From a virus: 64,000 bases of DNA. Made by a program: the position numbers and the translations under genes. Below the pieces are notes generated by a model. That model worked only from the letters and a program-made list of their open reading frames with translations, did not search any database and was not told where the DNA came from. How positions within the stretch are numbered: position 1 is the stretch's first letter; each line of letters begins with the position of its first letter. The DNA lies in IMG/VR virus record IMGVR_UViG_3300033153_016044, positions 1 through 64,000 of that record; one strand, given 5' to 3'. Below, piece by piece: positions 47,101-57,569 of this stretch.

Positions 47101-50100
47101 CTTAATTAATTCTTCGCCAATCTTAACTTCCAAATCTATTCTCTTCTGCATGACGCTTAGCTCTTCTCCAATAAGGCTAATACGTTGTCTAACAAAATCA
47201 TTTTCTGTGCTAAGTAGATTCTTTCGAAGGCTAATCTCAGATTGTGCTAAGTTCTTTTGGACATCCAATAGCTGCTTGCTGGCAGTTATCTGGTCTAGCT
47301 GAAACTTTGTGCTCCTATCTAGGCCATCTTTGAATTGAGCGAATGGTCCACCAACGGCTGCTATGTTTGCCTTTATGCTATCCGCGGCTGCCCCAAGCTC
47401 TTCTAGAGATGGAACAATACCTATCTGTCCGAATTGTCTTTGTAGCAGGTCTCCTGCCTTCTTCGCGCCATCAACTAGTATTTGATTTCTTCGCCTAATA
47501 ATATCTCTTTGTTGCTTAATATTGAGGTCAGTGATATCTCTTACGGCTCCACCAGCAGTAGACTTTTCTGCTGATTTAATTCCCTGCTCTTGTAGCTGGA
47601 ATATATCCTTAAATATATCTGCCTCTCTTCCAATAAGCTCAACGATTTTTGCCTGACTATCTACGAGATTTTTAATCTGCTGATTGGCTGAAGATGAGAT
47701 ACTTTTAAATCTATCTACTTCAGTCTCGGCAACTTGTTCTCTAGCATCTAGGGCGGCCTGTGCTTTATCAAACCTAAAATTAATTACATCCAACTCTATA
47801 TTTGCTAGTTTGTTCTGCAATGCCAATCTGTCTTTTGTTAATTTCTTAACTGTCTGGGCATTTTGATTTTGAGTACCAGCAGAAACAATAGCTAAGGTGA
47901 CTTCACCAATCTGTCGTTTAATAGATTGTTTTTCTATAGCTAGTTGTCTTTCGTCTACTGTTGCGTTTATCTGTGCTTCAATTACTGGAGTAATTGCTAA
48001 GGTTTTATCTAGCGTTGCAAGCTCAGCTTTCTTGAGTAACTCTGAAACTTTACTTAATGTATTCTGCTCTTGCTTTATCTTTGAAATTCTTTCTTCAAAT
48101 TTAATCTGTTCCTCAAGCTGTGCATCCTCTGCTCTCTTTTGTTGAGATAGTATGATATTTAATTTACTCTGTGCTATCTTCTTTTGTTCTATTAAGCCTT
48201 CGGAACTAAGTTGGGCTTCAGTATTTCTTTTAATTCTAATGTCTAAATCTGCAATATCCTTCTGTAGCTGAAGAGATAGCTCCTGTCTTGCTGTAATTTT
48301 TTCTTGACCTTTAGCTTTTTCTTCATCTGCCTTTGCTTGGAGTTCTCTATCTCTTTCAATAGCCTTTCTTACCTTGGCTTTAATTTTTACTTCCTCAAGT
48401 CGTAGTTCATTACCAGCAGAGACCTGAGAGTTATAAGCAGCGGCTGCGCCAACCAGGGCTCCGACAAAAGCACCAATAGGCCCACCGACAGCAAACCCTA
48501 GAAGTCCACCAGTTAAAGCTCCTTGCAAACTAGTCTCTACTTCTTTACCAACATTTCCACCAATCGCTTTTCCAATAATTGGGGCTGCGAATAGGCCAGC
48601 TCCAATAAGGGCGGCTCCGACTCCTGTCTGAATTCTACGAGTACTTTTTCCACCAAGCACCCCTTGTCCACCTCTCACACTTGACTTAAGATTTGATTGA
48701 ATTCCTAGTCTTTGTTCTTCAAGAAGTTTCAATTCTACAGCTAATGCAACCTCTCTTGCTTTTAATTTATTTATATCTCTTTGGTTTACAGACCCAAACT
48801 TTGATATCGCAGCAAGCTCTGCAGCATTAACTACAAGCTCTCTTTCTTTTACAGATATTGCACTAGTTACGCCTACTATTGATGTTCTAAAGCTTAATAT
48901 TTGTTGCTCAGTAAGTAGTCCTTGCGCCCTAGCAGCGTTAGCTCCCTCTAAAAGATTCCCTTCAACTTGTATATTATTTATTATTTTGTCAGTGACTTCT
49001 GCTAGCTTCTGAGATGGCAATAGACCAGCAACAAAACCCTGAGATACAGCCCTTAGGGTAGGAGCTAATGCCGCAAAGGCAGCAGCAAATATTGGAGCAA
49101 CACCGCCTACAATATTAACAAAAGTATCGACGCCGCCTATAACGTCTGTTAATCCTCTGGTTGTAGCCTTTAGAAAACCAATTACTCCAGAATCATTTAC
49201 AAGCCCTTCTAGTGAGGCCTTTAGTTTTCCGAACTCTGCTGTCACAGTTCTTGATTGTGCTTCAGTTTCAGCCAGGAATCTCCTTAGAGTTCTTTCAATT
49301 CTTATGGCTTTAGTTTCTGTATTATTAAGTTTAGCGATGGAATCTTTAACTTCATCAACGTTACGTGCAAGACCAAGAATAACAGAGGCGTTTCTTTCAT
49401 CTGTGAACTGCGAGATAAAATCAATCGCAGACTGTTCACCTTTAAAGGAGTTAATAACCTCTAGAACTTTTACTAGAGCTTCGGGGCCAGCTAGCTGTCC
49501 TTCTTCAATAATATCAATGCCGGCGAACTCTTTAATTTCATCTGCACTCTTAGCGACACCAATGCTTAATTGACGAAGCGTCGTTCCTACTCGGGAGACA
49601 CTTGTCTGTGCAGCGTTAGAAGCTGAAGCCAGGAACTCAAGAGACTCAGCTACTGTAGCGCCCTGCACAGAACTGAAGGCACCACCAACTCTAGTTAGGC
49701 CTTCTGCAAGCTCTCCAGCACTGAAGGCACTTCGCTGAGACACCTCAGCTAGCTGTGCTGCTACAATAACGGCCTCAGAGCCTTCAAGTTGGAACTGGTT
49801 TAGAACAGAGTTCAAATCAGCAGTTAGCTTTTCAGCATTACCAAGTGGACCCTCTAGACGAAGTAGTCCTTCCACGGCCTGTGCGAATGGGTTTAGTTCT
49901 CCCGTCTCAGAAAAAGCCTCTCTGTTTACACGACCGGCAACTAATACAATGTCGGCAAGCTTAGAGACTTCAAGGCCTGTTTCTTTTGCGCGCTCTATCA
50001 AGAGCTTCTGAGTTTGAGCGGCAGCAAGAGTTAGAGCGACATACTGTTCTGTAACATTGTTTAGTCTATCAAAAGAGCCAACGAGAGCACTTGACTCCCC

Positions 50101-53100
50101 CTCTATACTTCCGAATGCTGTTCCTAATCTATTAACGCCAGCAGCAGCTCTATCTAATGTTTCAGGATTGAAGAAGGCAATTCTTGTAACTTGCTCATCT
50201 AGACGTATGATAACCTGAACAGCTTCTCTTAGAGAGCCAATTGCCTGGAAGATAAACGCAGCAGGACTAGCCCAGGCCAGCAATCTATCTGCAGCATTGG
50301 CTGCGGCAAAACCAAACTGGAAGGCAGCTTTCTGTCCAGACGTCATGCTAGCGGTTAGCCTATCTACTCGTGAGTTTGCCTTTCCAATGTTTCCTTGGTG
50401 AGCTTTTAGCTGAGTATTCACAGTAGCAAGATTGGCGTCTTCTTGTTTTAGAATAGAAACGAATTTTTCCTGAGTTTTAACATCTAGTTTCTGCCCAAAG
50501 TTTTGTAGTGACTTTAGGTCAAACGATTGCAGAGGTCCACCACCTCCGACTCTATTGTCTGAGCCCGTGGCTGTGCGACGATTTCTTTTTTCTTGTAGTG
50601 CTGCAGATTCTTGGGTAGCTTTTGCTAGGCGATTTTCTGCAGTAAATATATCATCTTCAGCCCTAACTATTTGTTCTTGCTTTGCTCTTGCTTCATTTGC
50701 AGCTTGCACTTGTTTCGAAAAAGCTACAGCTATTGCAGCCTCAGAAGAAAGGACGGATTCTTCTACGCTAGCTCGTTTAGCTAATAGACCTTCTAATTCC
50801 TGCTCAAGAGCTAATGCATTATCAAAATCAAAGGACTGTATTGAGTCTCGTATTTGATTTCTTAATAGTCCAATCGCCCTTACTAAAGATTGTTGTACGC
50901 CTCTAGCTTCACGATTTCTAGTCTCTGCGAATCTTACAGATTCTGATTGAGCGCCTTCCTCTTGTCTCAAGCCAGCGACCTGAGCACTTAATGCAACTAC
51001 GGCTTCTTTTGAAGCAGCTATAAGCGCAGAATTAACTGATTTTCTTTCTTCATTATTTGCTAGTATTTCCTTCTCTTCTGAAGAAAATGCATTTTGCAAT
51101 CCACCAGCAGCTCTCTTAAACACATCTGCTATAGCACGACCGGCATTAGCTATGGCTCCACCACCAATCTCTCCTGCTAGTTCGCTTGCATTGAAGGCAT
51201 TATTAATTCTATTGACAAGCTCTTGTGCCGCAGTTTCTTCTTTTGCTCTAATGGCAGCTATAGCACTATCTGATTGTGCGCGGTCTCCGGCTGCCTTTTT
51301 AATTTGTCTTCTTAGTGGCTTAGTTACATCATCGACAATCTCCTCACTTAGTCGAGGAAAGTCAGAAGTAATTTTGCTTAGAGCATTTTGTAAAAAGTCA
51401 GGGTCTAACAATTGGCCGGCTTCGCCGCCAGACTCAGCTATTTTACTAGCTAATCTCTTAGCTCCTCTTAGAGCTTCAGCATCTAAGGTTCTAGCAACGT
51501 TCTTACTTTCTTTAGTAAATTCTGTTTCAAAAGTTGTTCCAGCTCTAAGAATAGCTTGTTCAAGTATATCTGAAACATCTACGCCAGCCTGGTCTAAGAA
51601 AGCGATTTGTCCTGGGTCAGTTGCTGCAAGTATATTACGCCTTACAGTAGCGAGACCTTCTTCAAGAGTTTTGAATGGAGCACCATTTACGAACTGTGCT
51701 GCCGCAGCACCGGCTCCTTTCATACCGAACAATGTTCTTTTTAAAGTTTCCGCTAAATCAGCTTGTGCTGATTGAAGCTCTGTACTAGCCGTTTTTTGTA
51801 AGGCTGCACTAGATTCTCCTCTTCTGGAATCTGCTAATTGTTTTGTGCTGTCGGATAGCGCAGTAGTCTGCCTAGCAGCTTCATCTGTTGTAGCTTTAAA
51901 TATAGCCATAGATGAATCAATGTCTGCTACAGCAGTACCTGCCCCATCGACTCCTTCTCTAAAGCTTCTAATAGTTTGCCTAAGGTCTTTTCCAGTATTT
52001 AAAAAAGTTTGTCTGAATAATTTTACACCATCAATTATTTCTTTTTGAGTTCCATCTGGTATAATTCCTCTGACAACATTCTCCGTAGCAGAACTAAAGC
52101 CTACAGCCAGCTCTTCCATCCTCTGTCTTAGCGGCTCAATAGGCCTCGACAGAGTCGAAAGAGACTTGGCCGAATTCAGTAGTTGCTGAATTAGTTCAAA
52201 CTGAGCATCACTTAGCCCCTCTGTTGCACTAGCTCCTTGCCGGATACGATTCGCCTGCGCCAGCAAGTCGTCCTTTAGTAGTTGACCTGCTACCGCTCCA
52301 TCCTCTAGTATTTTATTAAACTTTCTGGACGCATTTCCTAGAGAGCTGGCATCAAGGTCAAAGCCATCCAGAGACTCCGTAGAACCAACGAGTCCTAATC
52401 TAAATCTGACTACAGCCTCGGTTCCCTTCTTTACTTGTTCTTTAAATTGTTCATTTATATCATCGTCTGAGATACCAAGAACAGATGCGCCGCCCGCTGC
52501 AGAATTCCTGGCTTCATCCTCTAGGTTTTTACGAACATCTCTTGTAGCATTAAGTCTGGCAAGAGCCTCATCTTTTGTCTGTATGATAACTACAGCTAAT
52601 GCCTCTTGTGCATCTGCCTGTTTTGTAGCGAGCCTGGCCTGCTCAATGATTGTTGCCTTTGTTTTTCTGACCCCCTCTAGGTTATCAGATATGGCAGCAA
52701 CCATTTCTTGAGTGACCAAGGAGCCATCCCTTAGAGCAAAGAAGATTGCTCGGTCAGCTTCTTCTGCTTTTGTTTGAAAGTTTCTTCTCTCGTTCTGGAG
52801 TCTATTAAGTATCTCTTGACTATTAAGCTGCTCAGAGGATATTGATTTTTGTTTTCTTTGTAGAACAGCAAGGTCAGATTGTAACTGGTTAGCTATATTT
52901 ATTTCTTCAAGTCTCTTCTGCTGCGCCTTTGCAATTAATACTGCAGACCTTTTAACTTGTGCGAACTCATCTTCGCTACCCTCAATGGCGCCTAGCCCAA
53001 GAACAACATCCTCTAGTCCCTGACTTAGTCTTCTAGCTTTTGTGAGCTGCTCTTTAGTTTCCGCAACGAACAACTGTTGGTTGCCTTTTATTTCATTCAG

Positions 53101-54066
53101 TTTGCTATTTAGAGAATCTTGTATTGCATTGAGGTCTGCAGCCTTTCTTACATTTAGGCCCCACTCTTTAGATATTTGTTGAATCTTATTTGTAAGACCA
53201 GCAGTAATAGGTATTTGATTTTCAACTCTAAAGGCATAGGCCTTAGACGCTCTGTTGGCGCGAGTAGCTAGGTCCTCAGCCTCCTTCGCGAGAGAGTTTA
53301 GAGCCCCCTGAGTGGCTGCCCTAGATGTCACTAGAGGAATAATCTCTCTAGCTACAGCTCTAGTCTTAGCCTCTAGCTGAGTTGATAGCTCTACCTCTCT
53401 TTGTCTGTGTATAAGAGCTGCCTTAATAGCTTTCTGTTCAATATCTGTATTAAGGCCCCCTCCGGTATCTAGGGACTCTTGGCGCTCAGGTAAAGAAAAA
53501 CTCTTTAATTTTTGGACTGCTGTTCCTGCTGCCCGAGAAACCTCTACCATATTTTTTGAGGTTGTTCCGAACGCGCTTCTTAGGTCTCCAAAACCTAGGT
53601 TTTCTGTTTGAGCATCTACTGCTGCTAATTTTCCCTGCAGTAAATCAGCCTGTTTCGACAGCCTATCAAAGCTAGCCCGTGCTCTATTTGTAACGCCAGT
53701 AAGTCCACCCTTTGATGCGTTGGCGGCTCTGAGCTGTCTTTGTTCCTCTGCTGTAATAGAAGCACCCTTAGCTTCTAGTTCAGTTATCTTGATTAAATTA
53801 TCGGCCCTCTTAGTCGCTGCGGCCGTAAGCTTGATAGAGGCGTCCTTGGCCTTCTTTGCTACTATCGCTAGCTCAGATTCAATTCCTTTTGACTTAGAGC
53901 TTTTCTGCCCAGACTTTCCACCAGGAGCAAACTTGCCACGTCCTCCTGTCTGAACATCAAGCTTTAGGGGGCGACCAAACTCTTTATCTAGAGCATCCCT
54001 AACGCCCTTAAGGGCACCCTTCGCTAAGTCGAATTCAATAATAAATGGAAGTTTTTCAGCCATCAT
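44116..54066 (-). CDS. Tail tape measure protein (3316 aa)
   Basis: Ala/Leu/Glu-rich helical; TMP core (LNQFQL...AFSAGELAEGLTRVGG..SRVGTTLRQ); GxxxG hydrophobic segments. Confidence 0.9.
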   Translation of the reverse strand: MMAEKLPFIIEFDLAKGALKGVRDALDKEFGRPLKLDVQTGGRGKFAPGGKSGQKSSKSKGIESELAIVAKKAKDASIKLTAAATKRADNLIKITELEAKGASITAEEQRQLRAANASKGGLTGVTNRARASFDRLSKQADLLQGKLAAVDAQTENLGFGDLRSAFGTTSKNMVEVSRAAGTAVQKLKSFSLPERQESLDTGGGLNTDIEQKAIKAALIHRQREVELSTQLEAKTRAVAREIIPLVTSRAATQGALNSLAKEAEDLATRANRASKAYAFRVENQIPITAGLTNKIQQISKEWGLNVRKAADLNAIQDSLNSKLNEIKGNQQLFVAETKEQLTKARRLSQGLEDVVLGLGAIEGSEDEFAQVKRSAVLIAKAQQKRLEEINIANQLQSDLAVLQRKQKSISSEQLNSQEILNRLQNERRNFQTKAEEADRAIFFALRDGSLVTQEMVAAISDNLEGVRKTKATIIEQARLATKQADAQEALAVVIIQTKDEALARLNATRDVRKNLEDEARNSAAGGASVLGISDDDINEQFKEQVKKGTEAVVRFRLGLVGSTESLDGFDLDASSLGNASRKFNKILEDGAVAGQLLKDDLLAQANRIRQGASATEGLSDAQFELIQQLLNSAKSLSTLSRPIEPLRQRMEELAVGFSSATENVVRGIIPDGTQKEIIDGVKLFRQTFLNTGKDLRQTIRSFREGVDGAGTAVADIDSSMAIFKATTDEAARQTTALSDSTKQLADSRRGESSAALQKTASTELQSAQADLAETLKRTLFGMKGAGAAAAQFVNGAPFKTLEEGLATVRRNILAATDPGQIAFLDQAGVDVSDILEQAILRAGTTFETEFTKESKNVARTLDAEALRGAKRLASKIAESGGEAGQLLDPDFLQNALSKITSDFPRLSEEIVDDVTKPLRRQIKKAAGDRAQSDSAIAAIRAKEETAAQELVNRINNAFNASELAGEIGGGAIANAGRAIADVFKRAAGGLQNAFSSEEKEILANNEERKSVNSALIAASKEAVVALSAQVAGLRQEEGAQSESVRFAETRNREARGVQQSLVRAIGLLRNQIRDSIQSFDFDNALALEQELEGLLAKRASVEESVLSSEAAIAVAFSKQVQAANEARAKQEQIVRAEDDIFTAENRLAKATQESAALQEKRNRRTATGSDNRVGGGGPLQSFDLKSLQNFGQKLDVKTQEKFVSILKQEDANLATVNTQLKAHQGNIGKANSRVDRLTASMTSGQKAAFQFGFAAANAADRLLAWASPAAFIFQAIGSLREAVQVIIRLDEQVTRIAFFNPETLDRAAAGVNRLGTAFGSIEGESSALVGSFDRLNNVTEQYVALTLAAAQTQKLLIERAKETGLEVSKLADIVLVAGRVNREAFSETGELNPFAQAVEGLLRLEGPLGNAEKLTADLNSVLNQFQLEGSEAVIVAAQLAEVSQRSAFSAGELAEGLTRVGGAFSSVQGATVAESLEFLASASNAAQTSVSRVGTTLRQLSIGVAKSADEIKEFAGIDIIEEGQLAGPEALVKVLEVINSFKGEQSAIDFISQFTDERNASVILGLARNVDEVKDSIAKLNNTETKAIRIERTLRRFLAETEAQSRTVTAEFGKLKASLEGLVNDSGVIGFLKATTRGLTDVIGGVDTFVNIVGGVAPIFAAAFAALAPTLRAVSQGFVAGLLPSQKLAEVTDKIINNIQVEGNLLEGANAARAQGLLTEQQILSFRTSIVGVTSAISVKERELVVNAAELAAISKFGSVNQRDINKLKAREVALAVELKLLEEQRLGIQSNLKSSVRGGQGVLGGKSTRRIQTGVGAALIGAGLFAAPIIGKAIGGNVGKEVETSLQGALTGGLLGFAVGGPIGAFVGALVGAAAAYNSQVSAGNELRLEEVKIKAKVRKAIERDRELQAKADEEKAKGQEKITARQELSLQLQKDIADLDIRIKRNTEAQLSSEGLIEQKKIAQSKLNIILSQQKRAEDAQLEEQIKFEERISKIKQEQNTLSKVSELLKKAELATLDKTLAITPVIEAQINATVDERQLAIEKQSIKRQIGEVTLAIVSAGTQNQNAQTVKKLTKDRLALQNKLANIELDVINFRFDKAQAALDAREQVAETEVDRFKSISSSANQQIKNLVDSQAKIVELIGREADIFKDIFQLQEQGIKSAEKSTAGGAVRDITDLNIKQQRDIIRRRNQILVDGAKKAGDLLQRQFGQIGIVPSLEELGAAADSIKANIAAVGGPFAQFKDGLDRSTKFQLDQITASKQLLDVQKNLAQSEISLRKNLLSTENDFVRQRISLIGEELSVMQKRIDLEVKIGEELIKTPKEFLENSLKLFESEDVLQLAKVNSGNIEKGLLKIITTVNKQLGGEALKSIFEGFEVAESRGKSLVEGITPGQLTSLFARLAANPNAKLLEEQITQEQALLNEVSELIKVQQDNKLELIKLLDEEKVISSLMNDQSETFLKQLDGIISIVAATKGTADTAITNATNTKRNLEKVASQVSLLKDSFDTKIPQATEGDKQIVSSLVNVSSLLKDIRDAREVKVGGQPTVIKRALEELFALRKGNVGESDKKAFAIGLEARTTSRSSQQKRDAAILQDLSKTLGRLEGQQNTISKLATDFDVGTLLKGIPSAIAAVASGGQIGLDGTGDSLAQVAKLFIAATELKEGRINPNLLTDDEAKVFFEAQDAFAALNKRLLETAKTTEQFESDFKKSFIADRIKVLEKSLATGGVDVIKAMGGFTTSLATGAAAVANATEAARISTELGAAEIKRIATEKFNIDASGDIRLSSETDSAVRVAAETQATAANKAFAAACEQAAAAEKTITSLGAVKDNNERLKDAGEALRAAAAETLSKADAQRAAATASTTAATAAPKVELSRAAQAAISTQKAKRVDEGGLVEQLSKRLGFDFAEAIKTRIADPDADISKFGSQFEVLANDLGLNSKALEAIAQRSGLVNSEEDFNKVLVSALAGELLDKTNGGEGSADLKTALSEILSPGTLAAEINAAREAASNDEKGKLEQALSNVMNDPLARQIAAMERIVSVNEGQFEKEGVFGNLTAEALVVAKENLEQLKAQYSLQQGEKERLDAIKEGLITDDRDPNVLISAGIDHLLVQQEKTSAAIAAAGQQTADANKPVVDAAKKTANFMQQFNAKMDSLFNATSAHKQEQAAQHTQNTIQRKKLAEAQQAKLIIDEASREDFINSFKEKFDEACQLWVTQFSAALSEGQLDVNVAPMELELNAKIESIIKGEEFAEQLVQALIGTGLEDQVEVIAETVSKLVQTEIDRGGSASLVHFLDSPRTGKPNKARVRGSNLT

Positions 54067-54074
54067 ATACCTCT

Positions 54075-54124
54075 AAAAAAATAAGCCATACATACAGATG
54101 TTGGTCCAACTGTAAGCATGGCTT
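54075..54124 (-). terminator. Intrinsic terminator/attenuator upstream of the tape measure gene
   Basis: AAGCCATGCTTACAG...CTGTATGTATGGCTT followed by a T-run. Confidence 0.7.
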
Positions 54125-54143
54125 TGTTTAGTCCTTAAAGCTT

Positions 54144-54842
54144 TTACTTTGCGGTAGCTTTCGCTTTCTTCTTTCTTGTCTTACGTTTCTTTGTAGCCTT
54201 CTCTGGGACTACCTTAGTCTCTGCTATGAAACCATTTAGCCACTCGTCTTCTGGCAGCGCAGTTTCCGACAGGTCTTTAGGCAACGTAATACCTAGCGCC
54301 TTCTCATAGTTAATAATTAGAGCCTGTTTATAGCAGTCAGTGGTGATTTGCTCATCGAGCCTAGCGAGAAAATCCTTGAGACTATCAAAGACCTTTCTAC
54401 CTGTCTTATTATACACCACGCACTCACTGGCAAAGAACTGTGTTCTCATTTCGGATGCCATCGATTCTGCGGTATTATCTAGGACATTACTTCTAACGCT
54501 ATTAGAGTGATGCAGGCTACGCCTAGTCTGCTTAATCTCATCATAGAGAGAAATACTAGAGAGGTCTTTTTTCTTACATTCTTTTAATTGATTCTCAAGG
54601 TCAAACAACTTAACCTGCAAATCAACTACCTCCTTCTCTTGCTCATCTCCCCAAATTTCTCTATCTCTTAGAATTTTAAGGGCCTCGGCATTAGTCATAA
54701 CTCCTGCACGCATAGCCTTAGAGAAATACTCTCTATAAATAAAATCGCCTCTTGTTAGAACAACCTGGTTAAGATTACCGAACGTAACCTCTACCTCATT
54801 GTCATCCTTGTCCTTGCTTGTGAAAACCCTTTCCTCAGCCAT
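54144..54842 (-). CDS. Putative tail assembly chaperone
   Basis: Position before tape measure; helical; Lys-rich tail. Confidence 0.5.
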   Translation of the reverse strand: MAEERVFTSKDKDDNEVEVTFGNLNQVVLTRGDFIYREYFSKAMRAGVMTNAEALKILRDREIWGDEQEKEVVDLQVKLFDLENQLKECKKKDLSSISLYDEIKQTRRSLHHSNSVRSNVLDNTAESMASEMRTQFFASECVVYNKTGRKVFDSLKDFLARLDEQITTDCYKQALIINYEKALGITLPKDLSETALPEDEWLNGFIAETKVVPEKATKKRKTRKKKAKATAK

Positions 54843-54843
54843 C

Positions 54844-55152
54844 TTACTCTCCTAATTCTTCCGGCCTATTATCCGGATGCTCGAATCTAATTTGATACGG
54901 AATAAACTCGATATTGTATCTTTCTAATTCTATTTCCATATTTCTAATCTGGTTATTTCCTACACTTAATATTTTGCTGCGTATTCTTTTGAATCTCTCC
55001 TGCTCATCATCACTGAACTCATCCTCTATAGCAATTAATGATTCAACAAACGTCCGTTTAATCTTGTGTCTCATCGCAGCCTTCAACTTCTGTCTCGAAC
55101 CTTTAGAGTAATTATCTTCCTTCTTTTCAGTATGTTTTTCTAAATGACTCAT
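54844..55152 (-). CDS. Hypothetical protein
   Basis: AGGAG SD, ATG at 55152 (MSHLEK). Confidence 0.65.
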   Translation of the reverse strand: MSHLEKHTEKKEDNYSKGSRQKLKAAMRHKIKRTFVESLIAIEDEFSDDEQERFKRIRSKILSVGNNQIRNMEIELERYNIEFIPYQIRFEHPDNRPEELGE

Positions 55153-55153
55153 G

Positions 55154-56371
55154 TTATTCTCTCCTACCCTGCAGGGTTCCTCCCGGCTTCTTATCAACTA
55201 CGCGCTTACCAGTAAAGCCATCTGGTCTGCGAGCCTTTTTAAATACCACATCCTGCGAACCTATTACTCTTCTGGAATTACCATCCGACCTTAGGTCCTG
55301 CTCAGATATTACTCCGTACTTCTTAATCTTTCCTCTTTGATGAGCCAAGAACTTTTTCTGCAGTGGACCATTCAGGTCATTAACCTCAGCGGTAGTGGGC
55401 ACATATGTATCTTTTGCTATGCCCATCTTGGCTGACCTATTCATATCCGCCTGAGCCTGAGGGTTAGTAATAATGCCAACTTCAGAATGTCTCCAGATTC
55501 TCTTGCTTCCAGTCTTACCTATATTGCTCTTGCCAGACTCTGTGTCTTTCATCTTTCTCTTTTTCGCCTGGTCCTCGAACCATTTATCTAAGGCTTCGTC
55601 ATCATCTATTACATCTTGGCTTGGCCTATCCATTGATTCATATGCAACATCATAGACCTGACTCCAATAAACTAACGCGTCCTGGTCGTTGGTTAACTCC
55701 TTTAGTGGCTTTCCGAATAGGTCCCCAGATGCCTTGTATGCTGCCCATCTGAATCTCCAATTGGAAGACCTCGCCATTTCTCTTATCTGACCAACGGTAG
55801 TTTGTTTCTTATTAAAGACGGCAATGGTGGCATTCCTAATTAGCTTGTCATCTATTTCATTTAGGAAGTCTTCCCACTCAGGCCAGTATCTTTTGTCAGG
55901 GCTCCTATATAGAGAGGAGAAGATTGATGCATTAACTCTCTGCGTTCCGGCGTATGTCTCAAGAGAGTTAGTGAAGTGATTTGACTTTATATGTTCTTTC
56001 TTATTCAGCTCTTTTGTTAGTGTGTTCTTTAGCTTAAGGCTTAGCTTCTTCTCTCTCTTGCTAATATCTTCACCTAAAGTTTCATTAATTCTAGAGAGGC
56101 TAATCTTTAAGTTCTGAATTTCCTTATTATCCTTCTTTGTCCAGACGCCACATGTTTCCAAAAAAACAGCAAGCTCGCTAGAAGGCATGAGATTATTCTC
56201 TCTACCCTCAGCTAAAGCTTGCTCGTATATAAATTCAATCCAGATTTTGTCTTGTAATTCCAGGTCTTTTGAGATAAGAATTTTTTTCCTATTCTTACTG
56301 TCCTCGATACTAACATACCGTCTACCCCACAGTATATTATTTAATAGCTTCGAAGTCTCCGCTTTCATCAC
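55154..56371 (-). CDS. Putative tail assembly chaperone
   Basis: AGGAGG SD; follows tail tube gene. Confidence 0.5.
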   Translation of the reverse strand: MMKAETSKLLNNILWGRRYVSIEDSKNRKKILISKDLELQDKIWIEFIYEQALAEGRENNLMPSSELAVFLETCGVWTKKDNKEIQNLKISLSRINETLGEDISKREKKLSLKLKNTLTKELNKKEHIKSNHFTNSLETYAGTQRVNASIFSSLYRSPDKRYWPEWEDFLNEIDDKLIRNATIAVFNKKQTTVGQIREMARSSNWRFRWAAYKASGDLFGKPLKELTNDQDALVYWSQVYDVAYESMDRPSQDVIDDDEALDKWFEDQAKKRKMKDTESGKSNIGKTGSKRIWRHSEVGIITNPQAQADMNRSAKMGIAKDTYVPTTAEVNDLNGPLQKKFLAHQRGKIKKYGVISEQDLRSDGNSRRVIGSQDVVFKKARRPDGFTGKRVVDKKPGGTLQGRRE

Positions 56372-56380
56372 CGCCTCCTA

Positions 56381-56419
56381 AAAGGCAAAAGGGGGACGAG
56401 CTTACACCTCGCCCCCCCC
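56381..56419 (-). terminator. Intrinsic terminator after major tail gene
   Basis: GGGGGGCGAG-gtgtaag-CTCGTCCCCC-TTTTGCCTTTT. Confidence 0.85.
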
Positions 56420-56435
56420 TGTTCCATATTCTTTA

Positions 56436-57569
56436 TTAGCTGAATGTGCTATGAGTAATAGTCAAATCGTTGAAGTTACTATAGTTGTAAGTAACTGTCA
56501 TGTTACCTCCACCAGCTTCACCACCAGCCATGTCAACAGACTGCAGGCGGTTCTTGGTGCCAAGGTTAATGTTCAGCCCCTCACACAAGCAAACAATGAT
56601 TTCTTCATTGACCGTGTTGTTGGTTCTATTACAATCCAAATCCTCAAAAGCGACAGCATCAATGAAGTCACCCTGAGACGTCACAACTTCAACAGAAGTG
56701 GTTACCTCAAGAGGGAATGTAACGAACTTAGTGAATGGTCTCTTCTTGCCAAGCTCGAAGATATCCTCACGACCAAGGTCGCTAGAGATTGTAATGGTCT
56801 GAATGTGCTCAACAATACCAGCCAGTGTTCCAGACGAACTAACGCCAGGAATCTGAGTAGGTAGTCTAGAACAATCTAGGTCAAAGCTCTCACGTCTCTG
56901 AACACCGGAACCAATAACCTGAGCATCCTCTAGGTTCTGGAACTGAAGTCCACCGGGGAAGCCCACGGGAGTAGCAGCATCAGATGCGCCCTCAGCAGGC
57001 AGTGCATCAGCAGCGCCAGTAACACCTTCGTAATCAGCCCAAATCTTATCGTTACCTACCAGAGTAATAGACTCTGTGAAGTTACCATCGACTGGGAAGG
57101 TATAGTTGACGGAACTAATGAACATTCCGGAACCAAGAACCATCGAGATTGGGTTTCCAGAAGCTCTAGTCTGCGTATCAGAATAGATGCTAATTGCGAC
57201 GTCAGTCTGGTAATCAGCAGTTCTATCTGTTAGTAGAGTAGTTCCTCGCTCAGTAGCCATGAACCAAAGAGGTTTCGTTCCATCAAGAACCTTCTCAACG
57301 GTAACCTCAATCTCAGGCTCTGCTTCAATGAACTCATAAATCTCCAACTGACCAAGCTCAAACACTTGCTCAAAGTTGAATGTAGTAGTCATACCAACAG
57401 ACTGTGCTCCACGAGCAACTTCCCAAAGGGGCTGGTTTCTGACTCCCGTAATTTCTACGTCTACGCCAGGCTGGATAACCACAACTTCGTTAGTTGGGTC
57501 GGCTCCACCACCTGCGTTATTTTTAAAGGCCACACTGTGTATGGCATAGAAAACTCTTTGATTTGGAAT
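56436..57569 (-). CDS. Probable major tail tube protein; apparent ATT start
   Basis: AQSVGMTTTFNFEQVFELGQLEIY and duplicated REDIFELG; followed by terminator; GGAG-N8-ATT CCA AAT CAA. Confidence 0.7.
   Translation of the reverse strand: MPNQRVFYAIHSVAFKNNAGGGADPTNEVVVIQPGVDVEITGVRNQPLWEVARGAQSVGMTTTFNFEQVFELGQLEIYEFIEAEPEIEVTVEKVLDGTKPLWFMATERGTTLLTDRTADYQTDVAISIYSDTQTRASGNPISMVLGSGMFISSVNYTFPVDGNFTESITLVGNDKIWADYEGVTGAADALPAEGASDAATPVGFPGGLQFQNLEDAQVIGSGVQRRESFDLDCSRLPTQIPGVSSSGTLAGIVEHIQTITISSDLGREDIFELGKKRPFTKFVTFPLEVTTSVEVVTSQGDFIDAVAFEDLDCNRTNNTVNEEIIVCLCEGLNINLGTKNRLQSVDMAGGEAGGGNMTVTYNYSNFNDLTITHSTFS

Noticed and set aside
54144-56371. Programmed frameshift in tail chaperones (lambda G/GT-like)
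   Set aside because: The three ORFs each have their own SD/ATG and I could not identify a convincing slippery heptamer at their ends.
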